Source of the DNA: Thermotogota bacterium
GTDB lineage: Bacteria; Thermotogota; Thermotogae; Petrotogales; Petrotogaceae
NCBI GenBank assembly: GCA_051748045.1
Contig: JBNJGY010000022.1
Span: 1-34,625, forward strand
Reading direction: 5' to 3'
Length of the DNA: 34,625 nucleotides
Shown piece by piece: positions 8,918-18,863 of this stretch (its first letter is position 1; every line of letters starts with the position of its first letter). The notes under the pieces are model-generated. The model did no database searches and had not been told where the DNA came from. It worked only from the letters and a program-made list of their open reading frames with translations. The position numbers and the translations under genes are program-made.

Positions 8918-11031
8918 TTTTTTTCATCCTTTCTAAATCTAAATAATTTAGCTGTAAAAAGATCTTTTTTTCTAATAGCAGCATCAATTTTTATTTCTGG
9001 GTATATTGTAATTCCTCTTTCCATTAAAGCTTTTCCAGAAAGATTTTCTCCTGTTTCTTCTATTTTATACAAGCTTTTTTCTTCTAAACCTCTTAGTTTT
9101 ATATTATAAGAACTAAAATTATTAAGAGCTTTTGGATTTATATAAACAAAAAGAACAGTATCATTGTTTTTTGTGTATTGTAAAGCTTGATAATTATCTT
9201 CATAAATAGAGTTTAATAAATAATACTTTCCGTGTTGAATAACGTTTCTTATTTGTTTATATAGCTCTATATTTTTTTTTGCTATCTCGATGTCTTTTAT
9301 ATCAAATTCTTTAAGGTTAGATCCAATTCCTAGAGAACCTGCCATAGAAACTTTGAATCTAAAATCAAGAGGGTAGGTATTTTTGCCTTCCCAATCAGTC
9401 ACCCAACTTCTCATTATAGAGGTTGGATAAACCATAGAAAATCCTTCTTGGATATACTGTCTATCAAAAGGGTTTGTGTTATCTGAAGGCCATACTTCAT
9501 CATAAAAATTCATAATTCCTAAATCAACTCTTCCACCACCACTAGAACAATTTTCAAAGATTACTTCTGGGTGGTTTTTTCTTAAACTAATCATAATATC
9601 ATAAAGATTTTTGACATAATAATACCAAATTTCTTTTTGTTTTTCAGAATTTTTTTCAGGCCATCCAGATTCAAAAACATATCTGTTCATGTCCCATTTA
9701 ATATATTTTATATTGTGATTGTTCAATAAATCGTTCATAAACTCTAATATATATTCTTTAACTTCTTGTTTGGCAATATTAAGAATTAATTGATTTCTTT
9801 TTTCTGTTTTTGGTCTATTAGGAAAATGTAAGACCCATTCCGGGTGTTTTCTATATAGTTCACTGTTTGGATTAACCATTTCAGGCTCAACCCATAAACC
9901 AAAATCCATGCCAAGTTTATTAACATATTCTATTAATGGGGTTAATCCATCTGGAAATTTATTCTTATTAACAAACCAATCCCCAAGACCTTTTGAATCA
10001 TCGTTTCTATTTCCAAACCACCCATCATCCATAACGAATAATTCTATTCCTATATCTGCTGCTTTCTTTGCTAATTCTTTTTGGTTTTCTTCATTTACAT
10101 CAAATAAAGTAGCTTCCCAAGAATTGTAAAGGACCTTTTTTTGAGTATCAGAATTATTTTCAGGGAGTATTTTTTTTCTTGTATAGGAATGCAAGCAATG
10201 AGTCATATAATCAAAGCCTTGATTTGTGTAACCAAAAACAATTTCTGGAGTTTCGAAACATTTTCCAGGATTCAAAAAAATATTAAAATCCCATTCGTTT
10301 AACCCCATAGTAACAGCTATTCTTTCATATAGCTGCTTTTGGACTTCTATTTTCCAGTTTCCACTCCATTTAACCAAGCCAAAAAATATTTCTCCGTTTG
10401 ATTGATTTGCTGAATAATCAACTGCTATAAAAGGGTTTAAAAAAGCGCTTGTTTTCCCCAACCTGCTTTCTAAAATTTTCTTACCTTCATTTATTGGTTC
10501 TTTTCTTTTTTGAAATTCATGTATCCACATTCCAGTTAAATAATTTATCTTTGCTTCTTTTTTATTTGGTATATAAAATGTTCCCGATTTAGCGTCTTCT
10601 ATTTTTATTATATTTTCATTATTATTTTCAATTATTTGATGTCTTTCAATTAAATCAAATTCTTCTTTAATATTATAAACTGTTGTTATTTGAACATTGT
10701 AATGAGTATCAACATAAATCATTTTCAATTCATTCTTTTTAATAATAAAATCCTTTAATTCTAAGACAACATCTCTTGTCCCATCTTCAAAATTTATTTT
10801 GATATTATGCTCAACAAAATTGCCTTCTCCTCTAACTGGTAATTCTTCATCCCATAGCCAATAATCTCTATCTATATAATTTTCTATTCCAGGATAATCG
10901 CTTTCAAAAACAAGTTTTGGTCCATAATAAGTATTTTTTATATGTCCATCTTTATATTTAGCAAAACAATATGCTGTATTTTTTGTTTCTAAAATCCATA
11001 AATTTCTATTTTCAATATATTTTATAGCCAT
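8914..11031 (-). CDS. Alpha-galactosidase, GH36
   Basis: YNSWEA, FVMDDGWFG, FGLWVEPEMV, YIKWDMNR (nucleophile), ENCSSGGGR, WPSDNT. Confidence 0.95.
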   Translation of the reverse strand: MAIKYIENRNLWILETKNTAYCFAKYKDGHIKNTYYGPKLVFESDYPGIENYIDRDYWLWDEELPVRGEGNFVEHNIKINFEDGTRDVVLELKDFIIKKNELKMIYVDTHYNVQITTVYNIKEEFDLIERHQIIENNNENIIKIEDAKSGTFYIPNKKEAKINYLTGMWIHEFQKRKEPINEGKKILESRLGKTSAFLNPFIAVDYSANQSNGEIFFGLVKWSGNWKIEVQKQLYERIAVTMGLNEWDFNIFLNPGKCFETPEIVFGYTNQGFDYMTHCLHSYTRKKILPENNSDTQKKVLYNSWEATLFDVNEENQKELAKKAADIGIELFVMDDGWFGNRNDDSKGLGDWFVNKNKFPDGLTPLIEYVNKLGMDFGLWVEPEMVNPNSELYRKHPEWVLHFPNRPKTEKRNQLILNIAKQEVKEYILEFMNDLLNNHNIKYIKWDMNRYVFESGWPEKNSEKQKEIWYYYVKNLYDIMISLRKNHPEVIFENCSSGGGRVDLGIMNFYDEVWPSDNTNPFDRQYIQEGFSMVYPTSIMRSWVTDWEGKNTYPLDFRFKVSMAGSLGIGSNLKEFDIKDIEIAKKNIELYKQIRNVIQHGKYYLLNSIYEDNYQALQYTKNNDTVLFVYINPKALNNFSSYNIKLRGLEEKSLYKIEETGENLSGKALMERGITIYPEIKIDAAIRKKDLFTAKLFRFRKDEKK

Positions 11032-11047
11032 AAAATCCTCCTATTAT

Positions 11048-11061
11048 AATTAACGTTCACT
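11048..11061. promoter_or_regulatory. Putative LacI-family operator upstream of the galactosidase operon
   Basis: aattAACGTTcact: central AACGTT palindrome typical of LacI-family sites, just upstream of the RBS of the GH36 gene. Confidence 0.5.
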
Positions 11062-11302
11062 TGAATTTTATAACTGTTTACAAGAAAAACAAAATCTACT
11101 ATTGAATATATATTTATATCGTATTTCATTTATTCATAAATATTTTAAAATATCATCTCTTTACACAAAAAATAAGAATTTTTCAGTTCTTGAAAATTTA
11201 TTTATTCTTTTCTAACTAAAAAGACTTACAAGAATAAATTGTTATTATTAGATTTATGATATAATTTATAAAGATACTATAAGCAGGTATAGGGGGTAAA
11301 AA

Positions 11303-11989
11303 ATGGATTTGAATCTTACTTTGATTTCAGTTGATTTTTTAAGTGCATTTACTGGAGGAATTTTAGCCTTTTTTAGTCCATGTGTTTTACCTTTGATTCC
11401 TTTGTATTTAGGGATATTATTTATAGATATACAAAATCCTAAACAGGTATTTAAAAGATCTATAGGCTTTTTTATTGGGTTATCATTATTTTTTTCATTA
11501 TTGGGTATATTATCTGGAAGTTTAAGTGTGATTTTTATAAATTATCAAAAAGAAATTAATATTTTAACTGGATTATTAGTAATAGTATTTGGGGGGCTAT
11601 ACCTTCTTAATAAATCTCTAAATTTAAAAATTAAAATGAATTTGAACAAATATAAAGATGATTCTTTCTTTTCTGCAATAATTTTAGGTATAATGATTGC
11701 ATTAGTTTGGGTCCCTTGTTCTGGTCCAGTTCTAGGGGCTATTATGTCTATGGCAGCTTCAAAAACTAATGTATTACAATCAGGTCTTTTATTGTTTATA
11801 TATTCTTTAGGGATTTCTTTGCCTTTTATCTTTATAGGTAGTACGGTATCGAGATTGATGAAGAAAGTAGTGATTGGAGAACCAAGGTGGTTAAAGTATC
11901 TTAGGGTTATAGGGGGTATTTTGATTATACTAATAGGAATTCTTATATTTTTTGGGAAATTTAACGACTTACAAGGAGTGATTACATGA
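11303..11989 (+). CDS. ccdA: Cytochrome c biogenesis / disulfide reduction membrane protein CcdA
   Basis: FFSPCVLPLIP and WVPCSGPVLGAI conserved Cys motifs, six hydrophobic segments, YSLGISLPF. Confidence 0.92.
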   Translation: MDLNLTLISVDFLSAFTGGILAFFSPCVLPLIPLYLGILFIDIQNPKQVFKRSIGFFIGLSLFFSLLGILSGSLSVIFINYQKEINILTGLLVIVFGGLYLLNKSLNLKIKMNLNKYKDDSFFSAIILGIMIALVWVPCSGPVLGAIMSMAASKTNVLQSGLLLFIYSLGISLPFIFIGSTVSRLMKKVVIGEPRWLKYLRVIGGILIILIGILIFFGKFNDLQGVIT

Positions 11990-12630
11990 AAAAATATATT
12001 ATGATAATTTTTAGCTTTATTTTAATTAGTTTATCCTTTTCAAATTTTAGTGAGGTTGCTATAAATGATTTTGATGATGCTTTTAAAATAGCAAGAATAA
12101 CAGATAAAAAAATTTTGTTGATGTTTTCCACCGATTCATGTAAATATTGTAGAATCTTTAAAGAAGAAACTATGCAAAATGAAGAACTTAAAAAGTGGTT
12201 TCAAACAGAATTTATATTAGTAGAGATAAAACCAAAAATGAATAAAAAAACAACTTTTAAAGGAAAAGAATATACTTATTTACAACTTTTTGGAGTTTTT
12301 AGTGCTAGAACAACTCCTTCGTTTGTATATTTAAATAAAACTGGTGAAGTGCTAGGTTCTTTTAAAGGTCTTTATGAAGATGAAATATATATAAAACTTT
12401 CTCAATATATGGCTTATGAAAATAAGGAAGAGGTCTCACTAAAAGAATTTCTGAAATCAAAAAATAATTATGAAATAAAGAAAAAAGTAATTGAAATTAC
12501 AGATGACGAAGCAAAAAAATTGTTGGAAATAGATCCTAATGTAACTAAAGAAAATAATGGGAACCCTTATAAAAATTTGATCACAAGTAATAAAAATGAA
12601 GATAGTTTTTTAATTCTTTTTGTGAAATGA
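11986..12630 (+). CDS. Exported thioredoxin-fold protein (SoxW-like)
   Basis: Signal peptide, CKYC redox motif, TP cis-Pro (RTTPSF); ATGA overlap with ccdA. Confidence 0.85.
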   Translation: MKKYIMIIFSFILISLSFSNFSEVAINDFDDAFKIARITDKKILLMFSTDSCKYCRIFKEETMQNEELKKWFQTEFILVEIKPKMNKKTTFKGKEYTYLQLFGVFSARTTPSFVYLNKTGEVLGSFKGLYEDEIYIKLSQYMAYENKEEVSLKEFLKSKNNYEIKKKVIEITDDEAKKLLEIDPNVTKENNGNPYKNLITSNKNEDSFLILFVK

Positions 12631-12811
12631 TTTTATAATCATATTTTCTAAAAGGAAATATAGTCACTAAATATTTACAGTATATTCAAATCTCTCATTT
12701 TTTACAAAAGATATTATCTATATCATAAAAAAATTGTAATATATATTATTATTTCTGTATAGAAAGACTTGTATCATATAAATGATGGGATCAATTTTGA
12801 TCGAGGTGATT

Positions 12812-12982
12812 ATGTTGAAAGAAAGATATAGCTTTTCTAATCCTAAATTATCTTCACAGTTTGAATTTATTAAGATAATGAAAGATGAAAAAAATACTGA
12901 GTACATAAAAAAAATTGCAAAATTAAGAAGAGGGAATACAAAAGAAAACGTTGAGAATAACAATGAAAAGCCAAACTATTAA
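12812..12982 (+). CDS. Small hypothetical protein (56 aa)
   Basis: GAGGTG RBS at 12803-12808 before ATG 12812; overlaps start of the downstream ABC-like gene. Confidence 0.55.
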   Translation: MLKERYSFSNPKLSSQFEFIKIMKDEKNTEYIKKIAKLRRGNTKENVENNNEKPNY

Positions 12983-13718
12983 ATCTTTTGAAGAACAAGA
13001 ACCCATTATAAAACTTTACAATTTTTGTATGAATATAGGTGATTTTTCTATATTAAAAGATATATCTTTGGATATATCTTTTAATGATATTGTACTGTTA
13101 TATGGACCTAGAAACTCTGGAAAATCTTCTCTTTTAAGGTCTTTTGTTCATTTGAATGAAGAGTTATATAATAATGTTGAAGGTAAAGGTGGTATATTTT
13201 TTGAGGGTAAAAATGTAAATGAACTTGATAGGAAGTATCTTAGATCTCAAATTACATATGCTGATCCGACGTTTGTTGAAAATTTGAATATTTTGACTTT
13301 GAACGAAATATTGAACTTATCTTTAGGTTTGAAAATAACAGATATTTCAAAAGAACATTTTGAAATATTAGATAAATTAGGCCTTTCAAAGAAATTTTCT
13401 GATTTAGATAATATAAAAAAACATAATTCTTTAAAAAGTTGGTCTATTGCTGAAAAAATATCTTTAATAACTTTTATTTCTTTAGCCAGAAACCCTAAAG
13501 TTTTTATGTTTGATTCTATTCTTGATCATTTAGATGATTTTCTACTTAAAGATGTAAAAGAAATTCTTTATCAAATAAAAAAAGACAGAACTCTAATAAT
13601 TTCAACAAGAAATTTATCGCTTTTTAGTGATATAGCTAATAAAATAATTTTTATCGAAGATGGTAAAATACAATTCAATGGAACTATGGATAGTTTCATG
13701 TTAAATTTTCCAAGGTAA
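12951..13718 (+). CDS. ABC ATP-binding-like protein, PstB-like, degenerate motifs
   Basis: ILKDISLDI, Walker A GPRNSGKS, LLRSFVHLNE; signature altered (WSIAE), Walker B VFMFDS, switch STRN. Confidence 0.8.
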   Translation: MRITMKSQTIKSFEEQEPIIKLYNFCMNIGDFSILKDISLDISFNDIVLLYGPRNSGKSSLLRSFVHLNEELYNNVEGKGGIFFEGKNVNELDRKYLRSQITYADPTFVENLNILTLNEILNLSLGLKITDISKEHFEILDKLGLSKKFSDLDNIKKHNSLKSWSIAEKISLITFISLARNPKVFMFDSILDHLDDFLLKDVKEILYQIKKDRTLIISTRNLSLFSDIANKIIFIEDGKIQFNGTMDSFMLNFPR

Positions 13719-13745
13719 ACTCGCAAAAGCGGGTTTATTTTTTTT
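13716..13745 (+). terminator. Rho-independent terminator
   Basis: taaactcgc-aaaa-gcgggttta then T run. Confidence 0.75.
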
Positions 13746-13795
13746 ATTTTCTTTGATATAATAAGGTTAACAAACTAATATTATGAGGTGGTATT

Positions 13796-14965
13796 TTGGC
13801 TATTATATCAATATTGAGTGGATTTGCAAGTATGATCATAGCAATTAAACTCACCAAAAAGGTACACTGGGCTATGTTAATTGCAATTTTGGTAACTTCT
13901 TTGATTTCTATGAATTTAGGTTATATTTTTGATAGTGCAAAAATAACTGCAACAACATCTAATTTTTACGAAGTGCTTGGAGTTATTTTTGGAATTTACT
14001 TGATATCTGATACTATGAGAACTTCAGGTAATTCTGAAAAATTTGCAATTAATATCAAACATCTGTTCAGCTCAAAACAAGCTGTTGCTTTTATGCCTAT
14101 GTTTTTAGGGCTGCTTCCCATGCCAGGGGGAGCAATGTTTACTGCACCTATGGTAAAAGATATTTCTGAAAAATCAGAAATATCTGCTTTGAATTCTGCT
14201 ACGATGAATTATTGGTTTAGACATTCTATGGAGTTTTTTTGGATACTTTATCCTGCTATAGTTATGGAAAGTGCTTTAACAGGTATTTCTTTAACGAAAA
14301 TATTGTTAATTCAGTTACCTATAGGAGTTATTTCTCTTGTTGGTGCGTGGTTTTATTTTAAATTGGGAAGAATAAGAGTAAACCATAATTTAGAAAATTG
14401 GAAACATCTTTTTGTTTCTCTTTTCCCAATATTAACTATAATGATTGGAGTTATTTTTCAGCTTCCGGGTTATTTGGTAGTTCTTGCAGTTGCTTTTATC
14501 TATGCTATTTATTATAAAAATTATAAAGGATTTTTGAGAGTAAAGTGGGAAATTTTATTATTGTTATTTTTTGTTTTTTGGTACAAAAACTTTGTAGAAA
14601 TTTCTCATTTATCTGAAAATTTTGTCCAAAATTTAAATGAAATAGGTTTAAGTCCTTGGCTTATAATTATAGTATCACCAGTGATAATAGGTATGATAAC
14701 GGGCATAACCCAAGCTGGATTCGCTGTAACTATGCCTATTACTATATCCCTAATTGAACAAGGCGCTTTACCTTTATTGCCGGCTACACTAACAACGTAT
14801 TATTTTTCAGTTATTGGTGTTTTGATTACTCCTGTTCATTTATGTTTATTGTTAACTTCTGAATTTTTTGGAGTCAAGATATCAAATATGGTTAAAAAGA
14901 TGATTTGGCCTTTGATATTTTCTTTAATTGGTTTTTTAATAATGTTTTTAATTGTATACATATAA
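13796..14965 (+). CDS. DUF401-family multi-pass membrane protein (putative transporter)
   Basis: GLLPMPGGAMFTAPMV, NYWFRH..EFFWILYP, TPVHLCLLLTSEFF motifs; TTG start with gaggtg RBS. Confidence 0.82.
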   Translation: MAIISILSGFASMIIAIKLTKKVHWAMLIAILVTSLISMNLGYIFDSAKITATTSNFYEVLGVIFGIYLISDTMRTSGNSEKFAINIKHLFSSKQAVAFMPMFLGLLPMPGGAMFTAPMVKDISEKSEISALNSATMNYWFRHSMEFFWILYPAIVMESALTGISLTKILLIQLPIGVISLVGAWFYFKLGRIRVNHNLENWKHLFVSLFPILTIMIGVIFQLPGYLVVLAVAFIYAIYYKNYKGFLRVKWEILLLLFFVFWYKNFVEISHLSENFVQNLNEIGLSPWLIIIVSPVIIGMITGITQAGFAVTMPITISLIEQGALPLLPATLTTYYFSVIGVLITPVHLCLLLTSEFFGVKISNMVKKMIWPLIFSLIGFLIMFLIVYI

Positions 14966-14994
14966 AAAAAGGTGTGCTTTTTAAGCACACCTTT
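14964..14994. terminator. Terminator hairpin between convergent DUF401 gene and groEL
   Basis: aaaggtgtgctt-ttt-aagcacaccttt preceded by an A run (U tail for groEL direction). Confidence 0.85.
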
Positions 14995-15021
14995 AAATCT
15001 AATACATTGGGATTCAGGCGA

Positions 15022-16958
<1,937 letters not shown>

Positions 16959-17006
16959 CAAAATACCTCCTTTTAAATTTATTGGTGTTATATTTTTTAA
17001 CTAAAT

Positions 17007-17033
17007 TTAGCACTTATAAACAATGAGTGCTAA
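17007..17033. promoter_or_regulatory. CIRCE element (HrcA operator)
   Basis: TTAGCACTT-N9-GAGTGCTAA, one mismatch to the consensus TTAGCACTC-N9-GAGTGCTAA, between promoter and groES. Confidence 0.95.
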
Positions 17034-17042
17034 TACATACTT

Positions 17043-17071
17043 ATGATATCATTCTTTGCTTAATTCTTCAA
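17043..17071 (-). promoter_or_regulatory. groESL promoter
   Basis: Minus strand TTGAAG-17 nt-TATCAT with TG extension, immediately upstream of CIRCE. Confidence 0.7.
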
Positions 17072-17303
17072 TGTTTAAAATTGGCGAATAAAAACAAATA
17101 ATAGCTATTAAGAATAAATAATAGTGAATAATAGCAAAAATCATTAAAATATTAAAAAGTGTTTATAATCATCATATTAATTGATTTTAAGATTAGAAAG
17201 GATATATAAATATTTATTCAAGAAATGATAACATAAATTATTTTTATTTTTATATATTATTTAGTATAATAAAGTTAGTTAAACTAACTAATGGAGTGGT
17301 GAT

Positions 17304-18497
17304 ATGTCAAAAAATCTAACAAATTTAATATTTTATTCTTTTATAAGCAGTGTTTCATGGGCAATTTATAAAGTTGTTTTTAATCTATTTTTAAGAGATA
17401 TTGGTTTTGGGAATGATTTTATCGGTCAAATTACCTCAATAGAAATGATTGGTTCAGCTATTATTGGTATTATTATTGGGGTTCTTGGAGATAGATTTGG
17501 TAAAAAAAAGATGTTGTTCATTTCATCTTTGGGATTTGGGTTGCTTTTAATTGCGAGAATTTCTTTTCCTACACAAGAAGTTCTTTATACTCTTTCATTT
17601 TTCAGTGGGGGCTTTATGACTTCTAGAATGTTATTATTAAATTCTTATATAGTAGACATTACAGAACATTCAGTTAGAGGAAAAGCTTTTGGTTTTAATT
17701 TTGGTGTAATGATGGGGTCTGGACTATTTGGCAACTTTATTGGTGGGGTTATGGGTGAATTTATTGGATTGAGAACTACTTTATTCATAGCTGCATTTGC
17801 ATATGTTATTTCTATTTTGTTGATATTTAGAGTGCCAGAGAGTATAGGTGAAAAAGATAGAACTTTAAAAGAGATATTCGATTTATCAGAATTCACATCT
17901 GATCAAAAAGAAATAGTTAAATATTATTTTTTAAGAACATTTTCTATAAGTTTTGGAGCAGGTCTTTTTGTTAATTTTGGTAATTTGATATTTAAGGATA
18001 TGTTTGATATGAGTCCAGCAATGATTGGTATAGCTTTATCTATAGCCCAGCTTGGAGCAGCAATGGGCTCTATTTTATCACCTAAGTTGGGTAAAAAATT
18101 TGGTCCATTTAGATATATGAAAACGCTTAGTTTAGTAGTAGTTCCTTTGATTATAAGTCTTGGTTTTGTTGGTAATCCTTATTTGTTTACAACATTATAT
18201 GCAGTTCGCTTTTCGTTTATGAATATGACAAATCCTGTTGGTATGACGATAGTTTTAAGTTCTTTACCCAAAGATAAAGTTACCACTATTAACAGTATAA
18301 GAAATTCACTTAATTTTGTATCTAGATCTGTAGCAGCAGTTATGTTTGGGATTATTGTTGCTTTACCTTCTGGATATACATATCTTTTTTTAATAGCTTC
18401 TATATTCTATTTCATTGGCTATTTAATGCTAAAAAAGATGTTTACTCCGATAAAAAAAGGAAAAATACTACACGAATTATATGGTAATGACGCTTAA
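17304..18497 (+). CDS. MFS transporter
   Basis: Motif A GVLGDRFGKK, ~12 hydrophobic segments, RGKAFG. Confidence 0.92.
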   Translation: MSKNLTNLIFYSFISSVSWAIYKVVFNLFLRDIGFGNDFIGQITSIEMIGSAIIGIIIGVLGDRFGKKKMLFISSLGFGLLLIARISFPTQEVLYTLSFFSGGFMTSRMLLLNSYIVDITEHSVRGKAFGFNFGVMMGSGLFGNFIGGVMGEFIGLRTTLFIAAFAYVISILLIFRVPESIGEKDRTLKEIFDLSEFTSDQKEIVKYYFLRTFSISFGAGLFVNFGNLIFKDMFDMSPAMIGIALSIAQLGAAMGSILSPKLGKKFGPFRYMKTLSLVVVPLIISLGFVGNPYLFTTLYAVRFSFMNMTNPVGMTIVLSSLPKDKVTTINSIRNSLNFVSRSVAAVMFGIIVALPSGYTYLFLIASIFYFIGYLMLKKMFTPIKKGKILHELYGNDA

Positions 18498-18502
18498 TAT
18501 AT

Positions 18503-18537
18503 AAAATAAGAGGATAGTTTAACTATCCTCTTATTTT
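18503..18537. terminator. Bidirectional terminator
   Basis: aaaataagaggatagtt-t-aactatcctcttatttt perfect inverted repeat between convergent genes. Confidence 0.88.
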
Positions 18538-18851
18538 TATTTTTCTTCTGTATTATCTATATGTTCTTTATCTGAATTTTTCGGTCTTTGCCATATAGTC
18601 TTATTATTTTTTTCATCGTAAATTGAGTTTATATCCTCTGGTATATTCATGTCATTTACATGTTTTTCTATAGCTTCTCTTAAAATATCATAAGGAAGTG
18701 AAGTTATAAACCATAAATCAGATAAAAATATCTTGTCAGTTTTTCTCACTGGTGATTTATATATAGCACTTTCAACTGCTTTTATAAATATTTCAAAAGG
18801 TTCTTCTTTGGTGAAACCTTTTCCAGTATCTTCTCCAAAAACTTTTGCCAT
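18537..18851 (-). CDS. Hypothetical protein, last gene of the pheST operon
   Basis: 104 aa ORF with aggagg RBS 12 nt after the pheT stop. Confidence 0.75.
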   Translation of the reverse strand: MAKVFGEDTGKGFTKEEPFEIFIKAVESAIYKSPVRKTDKIFLSDLWFITSLPYDILREAIEKHVNDMNIPEDINSIYDEKNNKTIWQRPKNSDKEHIDNTEEK

Positions 18852-18863
18852 TTTGATTCCTCC

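Noticed and set aside
12927-12982. Possible programmed frameshift joining the 56-aa ORF to the PstB-like gene
   Set aside because: No recognisable slippery site with stimulatory structure; the downstream gene has its own TTG and ATG starts
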